A program made the translations under genes and the position numbers. The notes beneath the pieces are model-generated. The model saw only the letters and a list, made by a program, of their open reading frames with translations, did not search any database and was not told the origin of the DNA. From Macrostomum lignano (taxonomy: Eukaryota), in contig NIVC01003994.1 of assembly GCA_002269645.1 (NCBI GenBank), positions 1-64,000 on the forward strand: DNA of 64,000 bases, in the 5' to 3' direction. Of this stretch, positions 38,701 to 49,462 are shown piece after piece. Every line of letters starts with the position of its first letter. Positions within the stretch are counted from its first letter, which is position 1.

Positions 38701-39037
38701 TGTCCAAGGGGTGGATGTCGAAGGCGCGGTTGTCCAAGGGGCGGATGTCGAAGGGGTTAATTCGAGCTGCAAAGCAGTGCTCATGGCTCACCAAGTACAG
38801 CAGGAACTTCTTGTTCTTCAGGATGGCCACAAAGCCCATGGCGCCAATGGCGATGTCAACCAGGCCGTTCAAAATAGCGGTGAACCCGTTGACCTCGAGT
38901 CCCTCCACGTTTTGCAGATCAATCTCGGTGGTGGCGGCCAGGTAGATACCATAGCCAAGGGTTGCCAAGCCCATGAAAACAAAGACTCCGAAGGCCGCCA
39001 ACAGAATACGCCGAACTGTTTCGTTAGAGAAAAACAT
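35743..39037 (-). CDS. Tetraspanin C, 261 aa; exons 39037-38792, 38314-38126, 36495-36292, 36002-35919, 35805-35743
   Basis: QCCGF, TPWF, PDSCC, 6 Cys in the large loop; 189-nt and 84-nt exons identical in size to paralogs A and B; all phase 0. Confidence 0.92.
36038..36240 (+). repeat. Degenerate ~57-bp repeat x4 (tetraspanin C intron 3)
   Basis: tttgatttgattggct.aggct..ggggt.ggt.tctagcat recurs four times. Confidence 0.8.
36535..38075 (+). repeat. 35/36-bp minisatellite ATGACC(T)CACTTT(A/G)GAGTCTA(A/G)ATGAGTGTGACCCA (tetraspanin C intron 2)
   Basis: Direct inspection. Confidence 0.95.
38333..38757 (+). repeat. 15-bp minisatellite GGATGTCCAAGGGGC (tetraspanin C intron 1)
   Basis: Direct inspection; explains the GRMSK ORFs. 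Confidence 0.95.
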
Positions 39038-39527
39038 GATGTCTTTTTATCTTAGCTGTTAGAATGAGAACTGATTCCAATCCCTTAGCCAAGTTGAGCT
39101 GGGTTCTTCTGATCGACTCTTGATAACTGCTCCGCTTCGTGGCTTGGCGCCAACACCCCTCGGTCCCGAGCAAGGGCAGAGCGAAAAAGAAGGACATCGC
39201 GCTATTAGTCTATGGCCAGAGCTCCCAGGATTCCAAAAATCCTGTAGGAATCTAAAGACGCAGCCGAAAGATCACTGTTCGCATATTTTTTGATTTGCAC
39301 TTTTCATATTTGCCGCCAATTTAGATTATGACACATACTTATGACACATACATATTTAGATTATGACAGAACCCGAATTATTCAGTGTTTTCTTCATCAA
39401 AAGCATACATTACAATAGGTGCATGGCGTAAAGCATGCTGAACTTTGCGTAATTAAATTATCCTGACACCATTAATTAACTGAGGTAGCAATCATTGATG
39501 CTAATTAGCCCGACACCAATTAACTAC

Positions 39528-40507
39528 TGTAGTGATCCGCTAGTTGATTTTAGGCGTCCCACTTTGTCAGCAGTCTCCCTCGCCCTCGCCCTGGGTTGCT
39601 GTATGCCGCTGGTCAGCTTCCCGCCCCCCTTGGCCCGTCTGTTGCTGCCCTTGGCCTGTTCTGCCCTTCTGCGTCTCTGTTCTCAGCCCTCAGCTTCTCT
39701 GCTGTGGGCTGTCTCTGTTTCGTTCCCGTCCCGTTTTCCTCTGTCATGTGAGCAAGTCACATGACAGACTCTGCGTTCTTCGAGTCCTAAAGTGCAGTAA
39801 ACATGTTTACTGCACTCGTTGGCCCTGTTTACCGGGAGAATCACGTGCTTTCGGACCCCTCCCTTCTCTAAGGAGAGGAGGGACTCATGTTGCTAAAAAT
39901 AGCAACTGAGTCACAGCCGCGTGTACTCTGGCCGGAGACCTCAAGTGACGTCAGTTCTAAAAATAGAACAAGTCACGAGGTCTTGTGCGTGGGTGTTTCC
40001 CGGCTATAAATAGGACCCCTCTCCCCTTGTTTCCGTCAAGGATTTGGCTTCTTATCTGCGGAGAATTCACTAAGATCCCGTGTGCGTCAGTGTCTAACTA
40101 AGTGCCCTTTGCGTACTGAATCCGTTTGTACTGGTCTGACTGAGACCCCACTAAAGCCCAAGCCTAAGGGAGGCTAACACTGCCTTCCCAGCCACCCCTG
40201 AGCCCGGCGGGGATCTGCTGATCAGGACGCCTTGTTCATTAATCTGCAAATCTGCACGCTGTGCTGAGTTCGTTGACTTGTTTATTTCGTTCCGACGGGA
40301 AGCTCACCTCATCGAGGGCCGAGACCTGAAGGAACTGGTGACAGCACTACCTACGCTACTGAGAGAGTTAAGAAGGCTTCCGAGTGAGAAGACGGAGAGC
40401 CCAAGTCACTGCGCTGTACAGCAGGACAACCACAGGTACAACACTGGTGGCAGCGGTGGGATTCAAAGACCTACCAGGCCACCCCGAGAAAACCACCATC
40501 TATAACA
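39528..40507 (+). mobile_element. LTR-retrotransposon remnant: ~916-bp LTR (39528-40443), tRNA-Leu PBS and a 43-bp tail, inserted in a 48-bp satellite
   Basis: Starts TGTAGT; TATAAATA at 40005; ...TACAACA at 40443 followed by a PBS; ends TATAACA at 40507. 4-bp TSD CTAC (39524-39527, 40508-40511). The empty site ccaattaactaccttagtgag exists intact in the satellite at ~45054-45074. Confidence 0.8.
40445..40464 (+). other. Primer-binding site, tRNA-Leu
   Basis: TGGTGGCAGCGGTGGGATTC is complementary to the eukaryotic tRNA-Leu 3' end ...GAAUCCCACCGCUGCCA-CCA. Confidence 0.85.
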
Positions 40508-40712
40508 CTACCTTAGTGAGCAATAATCAGTGCTAATTAGCCTGACTCCAGTTAACTACCTGAGTGAGCAATAATCAGTGCTAATTAGCCTGACTCCAGT
40601 TAACTACCTGAGTGAGCAATAATCAGTGCTAATTAGCCTGACTCCAGTTAACTACCCGAGTGAGTAATAATCGGTGCTAATTAGCCTGACTCCAGTTAAC
40701 TACCTGAGTAAG
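40508..40712 (+). repeat. 48-bp satellite, block 2 (block 1 remnant at 39462-39527)
   Basis: ctacctgagtgagcaataatcagtgctaattagcctgactccagttaa x4. Confidence 0.92.
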
Positions 40713-40894
40713 TCCCTGTTGCTGGTCTGTTTGGTGCTGGCGCGAGTTCAGACTGCGTGAGCGACAAAGAGTAAAAAATGCAGAAACGATTCACCGAGTC
40801 AGAACTAATAGTCTAAAATTGCAGAACTCGTTCTAAGCCCTCCGCAAAGCAACACTGGACTGCGATCTCAAGTAGCGCGTTAATTGTTTTTAAC

Positions 40895-41512
40895 CTATAC
40901 CCACACCTACATAGAACCTATACCCACACCTACATAGAACCCATACCCACACCTACATAGAACCTATACCCACACCTACATAGAACCTATACCCACACCT
41001 ACATAGAACCCATACCCACACCTACATAGAACCTATACCCACACCTACATAGAACCTATACCCACACCTATATAGAACCTATACCCCTATCTACATAGAA
41101 CTTATCCACACCTACCTACACAGAACCTATACCCACACCTACACAGAACCTATACCCACACCTACACAGAACCTATGCCCACACCTACATAGAACCTATA
41201 CCCACACCTACATAGACCTATACCCACACCTACACGGAACCTACCCACACCTACACAGAACCTATACCCACACCTACAGAACCTATACCCACACCTACAT
41301 AGACCTATACCCACACCTACACAGAACCTATACCCACACCTACACAGAACCTATACCCACACCTACAGAACCTATACCCACACCTACATAGAACCTATAC
41401 CCACACCTACACAGAACCTATACCCACACCTACACAGAACCTATACCCACACCTACAGAACCTATACCCACACCTACATAGAACCTACCCACACCTACAT
41501 GTGGAATCCTAC
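40895..41512 (+). repeat. 23-bp minisatellite CCTATACCCACACCTACAYAGAA
   Basis: Direct inspection. Confidence 0.94.
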
Positions 41513-41688
41513 CCAGACTCTGCTGTGAGCAGCGCACATGAATAGTCTCATTGGCTGTTCAAATCGCTCATCCAAAACGCATACGTGTGTAAAACTGGGT
41601 GCTCCTGCAGTTTCGCTAGCCAGTGTAAACTGAAGTTAAGAAGCGACAAAAATACAGAATTGTTCAATCCAAAGCAATCTAGCATAGC

Positions 41689-43742
41689 ATGTCTTGCGCT
41701 TTGAAAGTGTCCATTTTTCTTTGCTTTTTGCTGACCTGGGCTACCTGCAAGTTGGTAAATTACACCTACGTGGGCTGCTACGTGGACTACACGGATGGTG
41801 CAAGAGACATGACAGGACTGGCGGGATTCAGCCATCTGGGTCAGCATTCCAAGGATCCAGCAAGCTGTTTAATACACAGCAGCAGCAGCATGTCGCTCGA
41901 GCTGTGCAGCCGCGCCTGCTCACTGGGAAAGTTTCTGTACTTCGGCGTGCAGAATAGCGACCAGTGCTTCTGCGGCAACTTCTTCGGGTCGCAGGGCTCT
42001 GGAGACCCGAGCGACTGCAACAGTCCGTGCACTGGCAACGAGCTGCAGTATTGTGGAGCCCCTTCTCGAAACTCGGTGTACGCTCTGAACTACTCGAAAC
42101 TCAGTGAGTTGCTCACTATTTACAGAAAAGATAGTTTGCCCATGCTTCACTCACATAAAGCCACGCGACATTTTGAAGCATTAAATAAATCAATGTTCCT
42201 GACGGCATATGGGATACAGGGGCGTAACCCTCATGGGCACCAATAATAAGTGCCTTGCTGGGCGCCCCTTGTCTCTTGGTGGGCGCCCCTGTCTCTTGGT
42301 GGGCACCCCTGTCTCTTGGTGGGCGCCCCTGTCTCTTGGTGGGCGCCCCTGTCTCTTGGTGGGCACCCCTGTCTCTTGGTGGGCGCCCCTGTCTCTTGGT
42401 GGGCGCCCCTGTCTCTTTTTGGGCGCCCCTGTCTCTTGGTGGGCGCCCCTGTCTCTTGCTTGGCACCCCTGTCTCTTGGTGGGTGCCCCTGTCTCTTGCT
42501 TGGCACCCCTGTCTCTTGCTGGGTGCCCCTGTCTCTTGGTGGGTGCCCCTGTCTCTTGGTGGGTGCCCCTGTCTCTTGGTGGGCGCCCCTGTCTCTTGCT
42601 TGGCACCCCTGTCTCTTGGTGGGCGCCCCTGTCTCTTGCTTGGCACCCCTGTCTCTTGGTGGGTGCCCCTGTCTCTTGGTGGGTGCCCCTGTCTCTTGGT
42701 GGGTGCCCCTGTCTCTTGGTGGGCGCCCCTGTCTCTTGGTGGGCGCCTCTGTCTCTTGGTGGGTGCCCCTGTCTCTTGGTGGGCGCCCCTGTCTCTTGGT
42801 GGGCGCCCCTGTCTCTTGGTGGGCGCCTCTGTCTCTTGGTGGGTGCCCCTGTCTCTTGGTGGGTGCCGCTGTCTCTTGGTGAGCGCCCCTGTCTCTTGGT
42901 GGGCGCCCCTGTCTGTTGGTGGGCGCCCCTGTCTCTTGGTGGGCGCCCCTGTCTCTTGGTGGGCGCCCCTGTCTCTTGGTGGGTGCCCCTGTCTCTTGGT
43001 GGGCGCCTCTGTCTCTTGGTGGGAACCCCTGTCTCTTGGTGGGCGCCCCTGTCTCTTAGTGGGTGCCCCTGTCTCTTGGTGGGCGCCCCTGTCTCTTGGT
43101 GGGTGCCGCTGTCTCTTGGTGGGCGCCCCTGTCTCTTGGTGGGCGCCCCTGTCTCTTGGTGGGCGCCCCTGTCTCTTGGTGGGCGCCCCTGTCTCTTGGT
43201 GGGCGCCCCTGTCTCTTGGTGGGTGCCGCTGTCTCTTGGTGGGCGCCCCTGTCTCTTGGTGGGCGCCCCTGTCTCTTGGTGGGCGCCCCTGTCTCTTGGT
43301 GGGCGCCCTTGTCTCTTGGTGGGCGCCCCTGTCTCTTGGTGGGTGCCCCTGTCTCTTGGCCAAATTCACAAATGTCAAAAAGTTATGCTGTAGTTGTTAT
43401 CCATGTCCGGCGGTGTTTACTAGGAATTTTTAGCAATCTCTCATCACTATAATTTTGAGTCACTGCCTATCAAATTTTTGACCAACACATTGGCCGATAT
43501 TTTCAGACAACTTCTACACCGTGGTGAAGCCGAACAATCTACATATCGATGGCCCCGACGCCTCCTGGCCAGCCGCTGTCGCGGCCAAGACCGCCACTCA
43601 GTGCGCGGCCCGGTGCAGCGCCAAAGCCGACTGCCAGGCCGCCGTTTTCTCCAAGCGGCTGCTCGCCTGCCACCTGCTGGCGTACGCCTACCCGCCAGCC
43701 AGCCTGACCGGACCCGACTGGACTCTCTACCAGCGCGGCTGA
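41689..43742 (+). CDS. Secreted WSC-domain + PAN/Apple-domain protein, 216 aa; exons 41689-42103, 43507-43742
   Basis: Hydrophobic signal peptide; WSC motifs YVGCY.D, MSLELCSRAC, YFGVQNSDQCFCG, C.SPC.GN..QYCG; phase-1 intron A|GTGAGT...ttttcAG; second exon has the PAN pattern C...C....C.A..F......CHL; 651 nt. Confidence 0.88.
42260..43360 (+). repeat. 20-bp minisatellite GGGCGCCCCTGTCTCTTGGT (WSC gene intron)
   Basis: Direct inspection. Confidence 0.95.
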
Positions 43743-44596
43743 GTTCGCCACAACAACAGCATGGCAGCAGTTGAGCCAAATGCAGGCCCCAAAACCACCG
43801 GAGCCTCACAAGTGACAAATCACTCGTCGAACTCCATTTTAAAAAAACTGTAGACCGACCGCAGCTTTTTGTCAGTTTGCACACGATAAAATAGTTAAGT
43901 TTCTGCACCCAACATTTATTGTTAATTGCGTGTTTTGGATTTCACGGTGACATCCGGCAGAGCTGAGTGTTTTGGCACCAAAACTTGCACCTATTCTCAA
44001 TGTCCGCTGCACACCCTGTGTGAGCATTTGCGTCTCGATGTCTCGATAGGTTGCCCACAACATTCATGAGAATTGATTTGCTTATTTTGTACCTTCCCAA
44101 CTTTGTCAAAATGAGAGCCATACTGGTAAAAAGAAGCTTAAAAACCGAAGGTAAGAGACAGCAAAAGGAAATGATGCAGAAAAATTCTTTTCTTTGTTCT
44201 AAACATCTCGCAAGGAAATGCTGGCTTCCCGAAAAAGTTTGTTGGCTTTTCGAGGGAAAACTTCATCGCGCTCGGAGCTTGCAAAGAAAACGAGAAAAAA
44301 CACAAAAGAAGCCCGAAACTAACAGACAAAAGACTTCCTTCTCGAATTGTCTCAAAGCTACAAGAATAGCGCTAGTCAGAGAATCAGGGAAAGAGTTGGG
44401 ATTCGATACCCCGGGAAGTTTTCTGGTCGGAAGTAGAAATTTACAGTCTCTCTTTCTTGCAGTCGCAGTGGAGCCCCGGTGATGGCACCCATCCTGATCT
44501 ATGGCATTGCGAGACAGCCTTGGCTCATACTATGGACTGAATAACAATAGACTGGACTCGGGTTAGCGAGTTAAGCTAATTCTCATGCCTGTAAAA

Positions 44597-45124
44597 GCAA
44601 TAATCGGTGTTAAATAGCCCGATACTTATCTACCTGAGTGAGCAATAATCGGTGCTAATTAGCCTGACACCAATTAACTACCTGAGTGAGCAGTAATCGG
44701 TGCTAATTAGCCCGACACCAATCAACTACCTGATTGAGTTATAATCAGCGCTTAATAGCCTGACGCCAATTAACTACCTGAGTGAGTAATAATCGGTGCT
44801 AATTAGCCTGACGCCAATTAACTACCTGAGTGAGTAATGATCGGTGCTAATTAGCCTGACGCCAATTAACTACCTGAGTGAGTAATAATCGGTGCTAATT
44901 AGCCCGACACCAATCAACTACCTGAAAGAGTAATAATCAGTGCTAATTAGCCTGACACCAGTTGACTACCTGAGTGAGCAATAATCGGTGCTAATTAGCC
45001 TTATACCAATTAACTACCTGAGTGAGTCATAATCGGTGCTAAATAGCCTGACACCAATTAACTACCTTAGTGAGTCATAATCAGTGCTAATTAGCCTGAC
45101 TCCAATCAACTACCTGCGTGAGTC
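44597..45124 (+). repeat. 48-bp satellite, block 3 (~11 copies), same orientation as blocks 1-2
   Basis: gcaataatcggtgctaattagcctgacaccaattaactacctgagtga units. Confidence 0.93.
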
Positions 45125-46179
45125 CAACAAATAAACAAAACAAAGTCAATAAGCTTTCTGATTTATTTCACTGCGCCGCAAAATGGGTGACCAAATAAAA
45201 ACATTTTTTGATTTCAAGTTTTCCGTATTTTTAAATAATGAAATAAAATCTGTTTTTATTAAAATTAATATTGTGTTTCGCTTTTAGTCACCCAATTTTG
45301 GTTGTCTGGATAGCTATAGATGGCTATGCATTTATTTAAAAATTTATTATAATATTATGATCAATAAGTCTTAGACAAGATGATGACAAGGCTCTCAGCC
45401 AAGATAGTAGACAAGAAAATTAAAGGACTTCATTAAAAAAAAAGACGCAGCCACTGTAAGTAGTATTTGTCAGATTTTTTTTCAAACGAGATCAGGATAT
45501 TGCGCGTGTTGGTTAAATTATTTATAAATTAAAAAATGAAATTGCACACAACACAAAGCGTAACAAAAAATAGGAGATTTAATTGACATCAGCTAATTAA
45601 AGTAGTATATGCATGTCAGCAGTCGACTAGTATTAATAAAAAATATATTTTTAATTAAAAGTTCGCAACGGTCGCAGTGACACTTGGACTTGCTAGGCAA
45701 GCGTTTTAGTGAATAATATAATATTAATAGGTTCAATGATTTCACTATCAAAGTATCGACAAGTTTTAAGTTAATATCCGAGCGCTTCTCGCTTCAAAAT
45801 CAACTATTGATGCCTAGAAATTCATTGTCGACACTTCTCTCAGCTACTCACAGTAATACAGGAGGGCCAAGCTGAAGAATATCGGAATAAATATCATGTT
45901 TGCTTATCATTATGAATTAATAGAAAAAATGGACGAGCAAAAAAGCGCACACTGCTGCAGGTAGAACAAAGACCTCTCTGACAATTGCCAATCTTGCTAA
46001 AAAGCCAACCGCAGTGCCAGAAGAGAAAGCAGACAGCGTTTAAAAAAGAACATGAAAAATTCAAAGCGAGTAAAATATACATTTGTTTAATTTTCTCCAC
46101 AAAGAGTTGCCGTTTTAAAAATTCGAAACCAAAAAACACGCAGAGTTCAGCGCGACACCGCAGCCTCAGGCCGAGAGTT

Positions 46180-49100
46180 CTACACAACACGGCCCTCGTT
46201 TCCAGAGGCGATCTGGCGGCAGATTATCACGGAGCAGATGATGCACAGAATCTGCGGGGAGGGACGGAGCACCGCTGCCTCAGTGCCTCTAGTGTGCCTG
46301 GCTGAGTGTCTGTCTCAGTGTCTGTCTTAGTATTTGTCTCAGTGTCTGTCTCAGTGTCTGTCTCAGTGTCTGTCTCATTGCCTGTCTCAGTGTCTGTCTT
46401 AGTGTCTGTCTCAGTGCCTGTCTGTCTCAGTGTCTGTCTCAGTGTCTGTCTCAGTGTCTGTCTCAGTGTCTGTCTCAGTGCCTGTCTCAGTGTCTGTCTC
46501 AGTGCCTGTCTGTCTCAGTGCCTGTTTCAGTGCCTGTCTCAGTGTCTGCCTCAGTGCCTGTCTCATTGCCTGTCTTAGTGTCTGTCTCAGTGTCTGTCTC
46601 AGTGTCTGTCTCAGTGTCTGTCTCATTGCCTGTCTCAGTGTCTGTCTCAGTGTCTGTCTCAGTGTCTGTCTCAGTGTCTGCCTCAGTGCCTGTCTTGGTG
46701 CCTGTCTCAGTGCCTGTCTTAGTGTCTGCCTCAGTGCCTGTCTTGGTGCCTGTCTCAGTGCCTGTCTCAGTGCCTGTCTTAGTGTCTGTCTCAGTGTCTG
46801 CCTCAGTGCCTGTCTCATTGCCTGTCTCAGTGCCTGTATCAGTGTCTGCCTCAGTGCCTGTCTCAGTGCCTGTCTCAGTGCCTGTCTCAGTGTCTGTATC
46901 AGTGTCTGCCTCAGTGCCTGTCTCAGTGCCTGTCTCAGTGCCTGTCTCAGTGCCTGTCTCAGTGCCTGTCTCAGTGCCTGTCTCAGTGCCTGTCTCAGTG
47001 CCTGTCCCGAGCAAGTCCAGACTCACCTGCAGCAGGATGGCCAAGATCACGGTGATCAGAGCGGCGCGCATGTAGACTCCATTCATAGCGACCAAGTTGT
47101 CCAGGCAGTCCTGTGAGCAAAAAAGAGACAAAAAACAGACAAGTGAGGCAGGCAGTTTTGAGCAAATTAACAAGCAGATCCGCAGTCCAGCCGCTCACAT
47201 GTTCGTGGATGAAGCCGCCCTCGCGGGCCTCCTGCTCGTTCTTGGGTCGCACGCATTTTTCTTTCTTAGCCGGACTGTCAAGTACGCCGGAGCCGCAGCA
47301 GGAGTCAGGGAACTGGGCCGGGTTCGAGCTCTGCTGCTGATACCACGGTGTGCTGAGGAAAAAGTTCTGCTGCTTGTCCAGGCCGGCCCAGCCGCAGCAC
47401 TTGTCCTGTAGATATGGGGATTCCCGTGTAGATGTAGTTATGGGGATTCCCGTGTAGATGTAGTTATGGGGATTCCCGTGTAGATGTAGTTATGGGGATT
47501 CCCGTGTAGATGTAGTTATAGGGATTCCAATGTAGATGTAGTTATAGGGATTCCCGTGTAGTTATGGGGATTCCCGTGTAGATTTAGTTATAGGGATTCT
47601 AGTGTAGATGTAGTTTAGGGATTCCTGTGTAGTTATGGGGATTCCCGTGTAGATGTAGTTTAGGGATTCCTGTGTAGTTATGGGGATTCCCGTGTAGATG
47701 TAGTTATAGGGATTCCAGTGTAGATGTAGTTATAGGGATTCCGTGTAGTTTTAGGGATTCCGTGTAGTTTTAGGGATTCCCCTGTAGTTTTAGGGATTCC
47801 CGTGTAGTTATAGGGATTCCCCTGTAGTTATGGGGATTCCCGTGTAGTTATATGGATTCCCATGTAGTTGTAGTTATTCCTGTGTAGTTATAGGGATTCC
47901 CGTGTAGTTATAGGGATTCCCATGTAGTTTTAATGATTCCCGTGTAGTTATAGGGATTCCCATGTAGTTATAGGGATTCCTGTGTAGTTATAGGGATTCC
48001 TGTGTAGTTATAGGGATTCCCATGTAGTTATAGGGATTCCTGTGTAGTTATAGGGATTCCTGTGTAGTTATAGGGATTCCCATGTAGTTATTAGAACTCC
48101 TCGTGAAGTTAAAAGGGATTGCTTTGCAATCATGGAATTGCTGCGTGAATGAAGGGATTACATACAGTATATTAAAAGCCGCAACACCAGTGAACATACA
48201 TTCCTCTGCAGTTTGTCGATGGCCTCAGTGAACATCTTGCTCTCCTTGATGGTGAGATTTCCATAGTGACGCTTAAGGCGGTCCTGAAACTGCTCGCCAA
48301 CCATGCCCTTGAAGTCACCCTTGTACACCACGGCCATGATAGCGGCGGCCAGGTTGATGAAGAGGACCAGGAACAGCAGGATCACGTACTGCAGTGGGCA
48401 CAGGCGTGGTTTGGGGGCTTGGACAGTGAATCTAGGAGGCTGGTAGCCCAGCAACTGAGGATCTGGGAGGCTGGCCTAGGAACTGGGGATCTGGGAAGCT
48501 GCTGGCCCAGCAACTGGGGATCTGGGAGGCTGGCCCAGCAACTGGGGATCTGGGAGGCTGGCCCAGCAACTGGGGATCTGGGAGGCTGGCCTAGGAACTG
48601 GGGATCTGGGAAGCTGCTGGCCCAGCAACTGGGGATCTGGGAGGCTGGCCCAGCAACTGAGGATCTGGGAAGCTGCTGGCCAGCAACTGGGGATCTGGGA
48701 GGCTGGCCCAGCAACTGAGGATCTGGGAAGCTGCTGGCCCAGCAACTGGGGATCTGGGAGGCTGGCCCAGCAACTGGGGATCTGGGAGGCTGGCCCAGCA
48801 ACTGGGGATCTGGGAGGCTGGCCTAGGAACTGGGGATCTGGGAGGCTGGCCCAGCAACAGGGGATCTGGGAGGCTGGCCCAGCAACTGGGGATCTGGGAG
48901 GCTGGCCCAGCAACTGGGGATCTGGGAGTTATGGAGATTACCCCGGAAGCGCCTGGATTATCCAACAAAATGTCACGCGGAGGAGCTCACCACTCCGAGC
49001 AGGCAGCGGTTCTCCTTGCAGACGCCAACGCAGCCGCACATGGCGATGAGGATGGTGAAGCAGCCGCAGCCAATCAGCAGGTAGCGCAGAGACCGCATGA

Positions 49101-49257
49101 GGCTCACGCCAGCCAGCAGCTCAGAGTACTTGCCCAGATCCGCGCTGGTGCACAGGTAAATGCCGACGCCAAGGATAGCAATCCCAGTCAGCAGGAACAG
49201 CAGGTTCACCACAATCAGGAACATCTTCATGCAGCTGTTGGTTACGCGACCAGACAT
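46180..49257 (-). CDS. Tetraspanin B, 272 aa; exons 49257-48991, 48388-48200, 47405-47199, 47110-47027, 46251-46180
   Basis: TM2-TM3 GCVGVCKENRCLL motif, KCCGW, TPWY, PDSCC, 6 Cys; all phase 0 GT-AG. Confidence 0.93.
46304..47005 (+). repeat. 12-bp minisatellite TGTCTCAGTG(C/T)C (tetraspanin B intron 4)
   Basis: Direct inspection. Confidence 0.95.
47414..48090 (+). repeat. ~20-27-bp minisatellite with GGGATTCCC core (tetraspanin B intron 2)
   Basis: Direct inspection. Confidence 0.94.
48445..48926 (+). repeat. 28-bp minisatellite CTGGCCCAGCAACTGGGGATCTGGGAGG (tetraspanin B intron 1)
   Basis: Direct inspection. Confidence 0.94.
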
Positions 49258-49462
49258 TGTTGGTTGTCAAGTTTCTTTACACAAATACAGCTTCAGATTT
49301 ACAGATTGATAATTGCCGGTTAAAAGGTGCTTTGAAACCGTATTAAGCGTCAATGGCGAGAGCAAGCAGAAGTGAGCAGTTTGATTCATAGAAATATGCT
49401 CCTGTTTTGGCATGGATTACGTCAACTGATGACAAGGGTTTAGGTAAACTTAGGGCAAGGAT

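Noticed and set aside
42116-43433. ~390-420-aa ORFs in several frames
   Set aside because: Translations of the 20-bp array in the WSC gene intron
45179-45300. ~17-bp imperfect inverted repeats (caaaatgggtgac..gtcacccaattttg) 120 bp apart
   Set aside because: Could be a MITE relic, but the TIRs are imperfect and no TSD is visible
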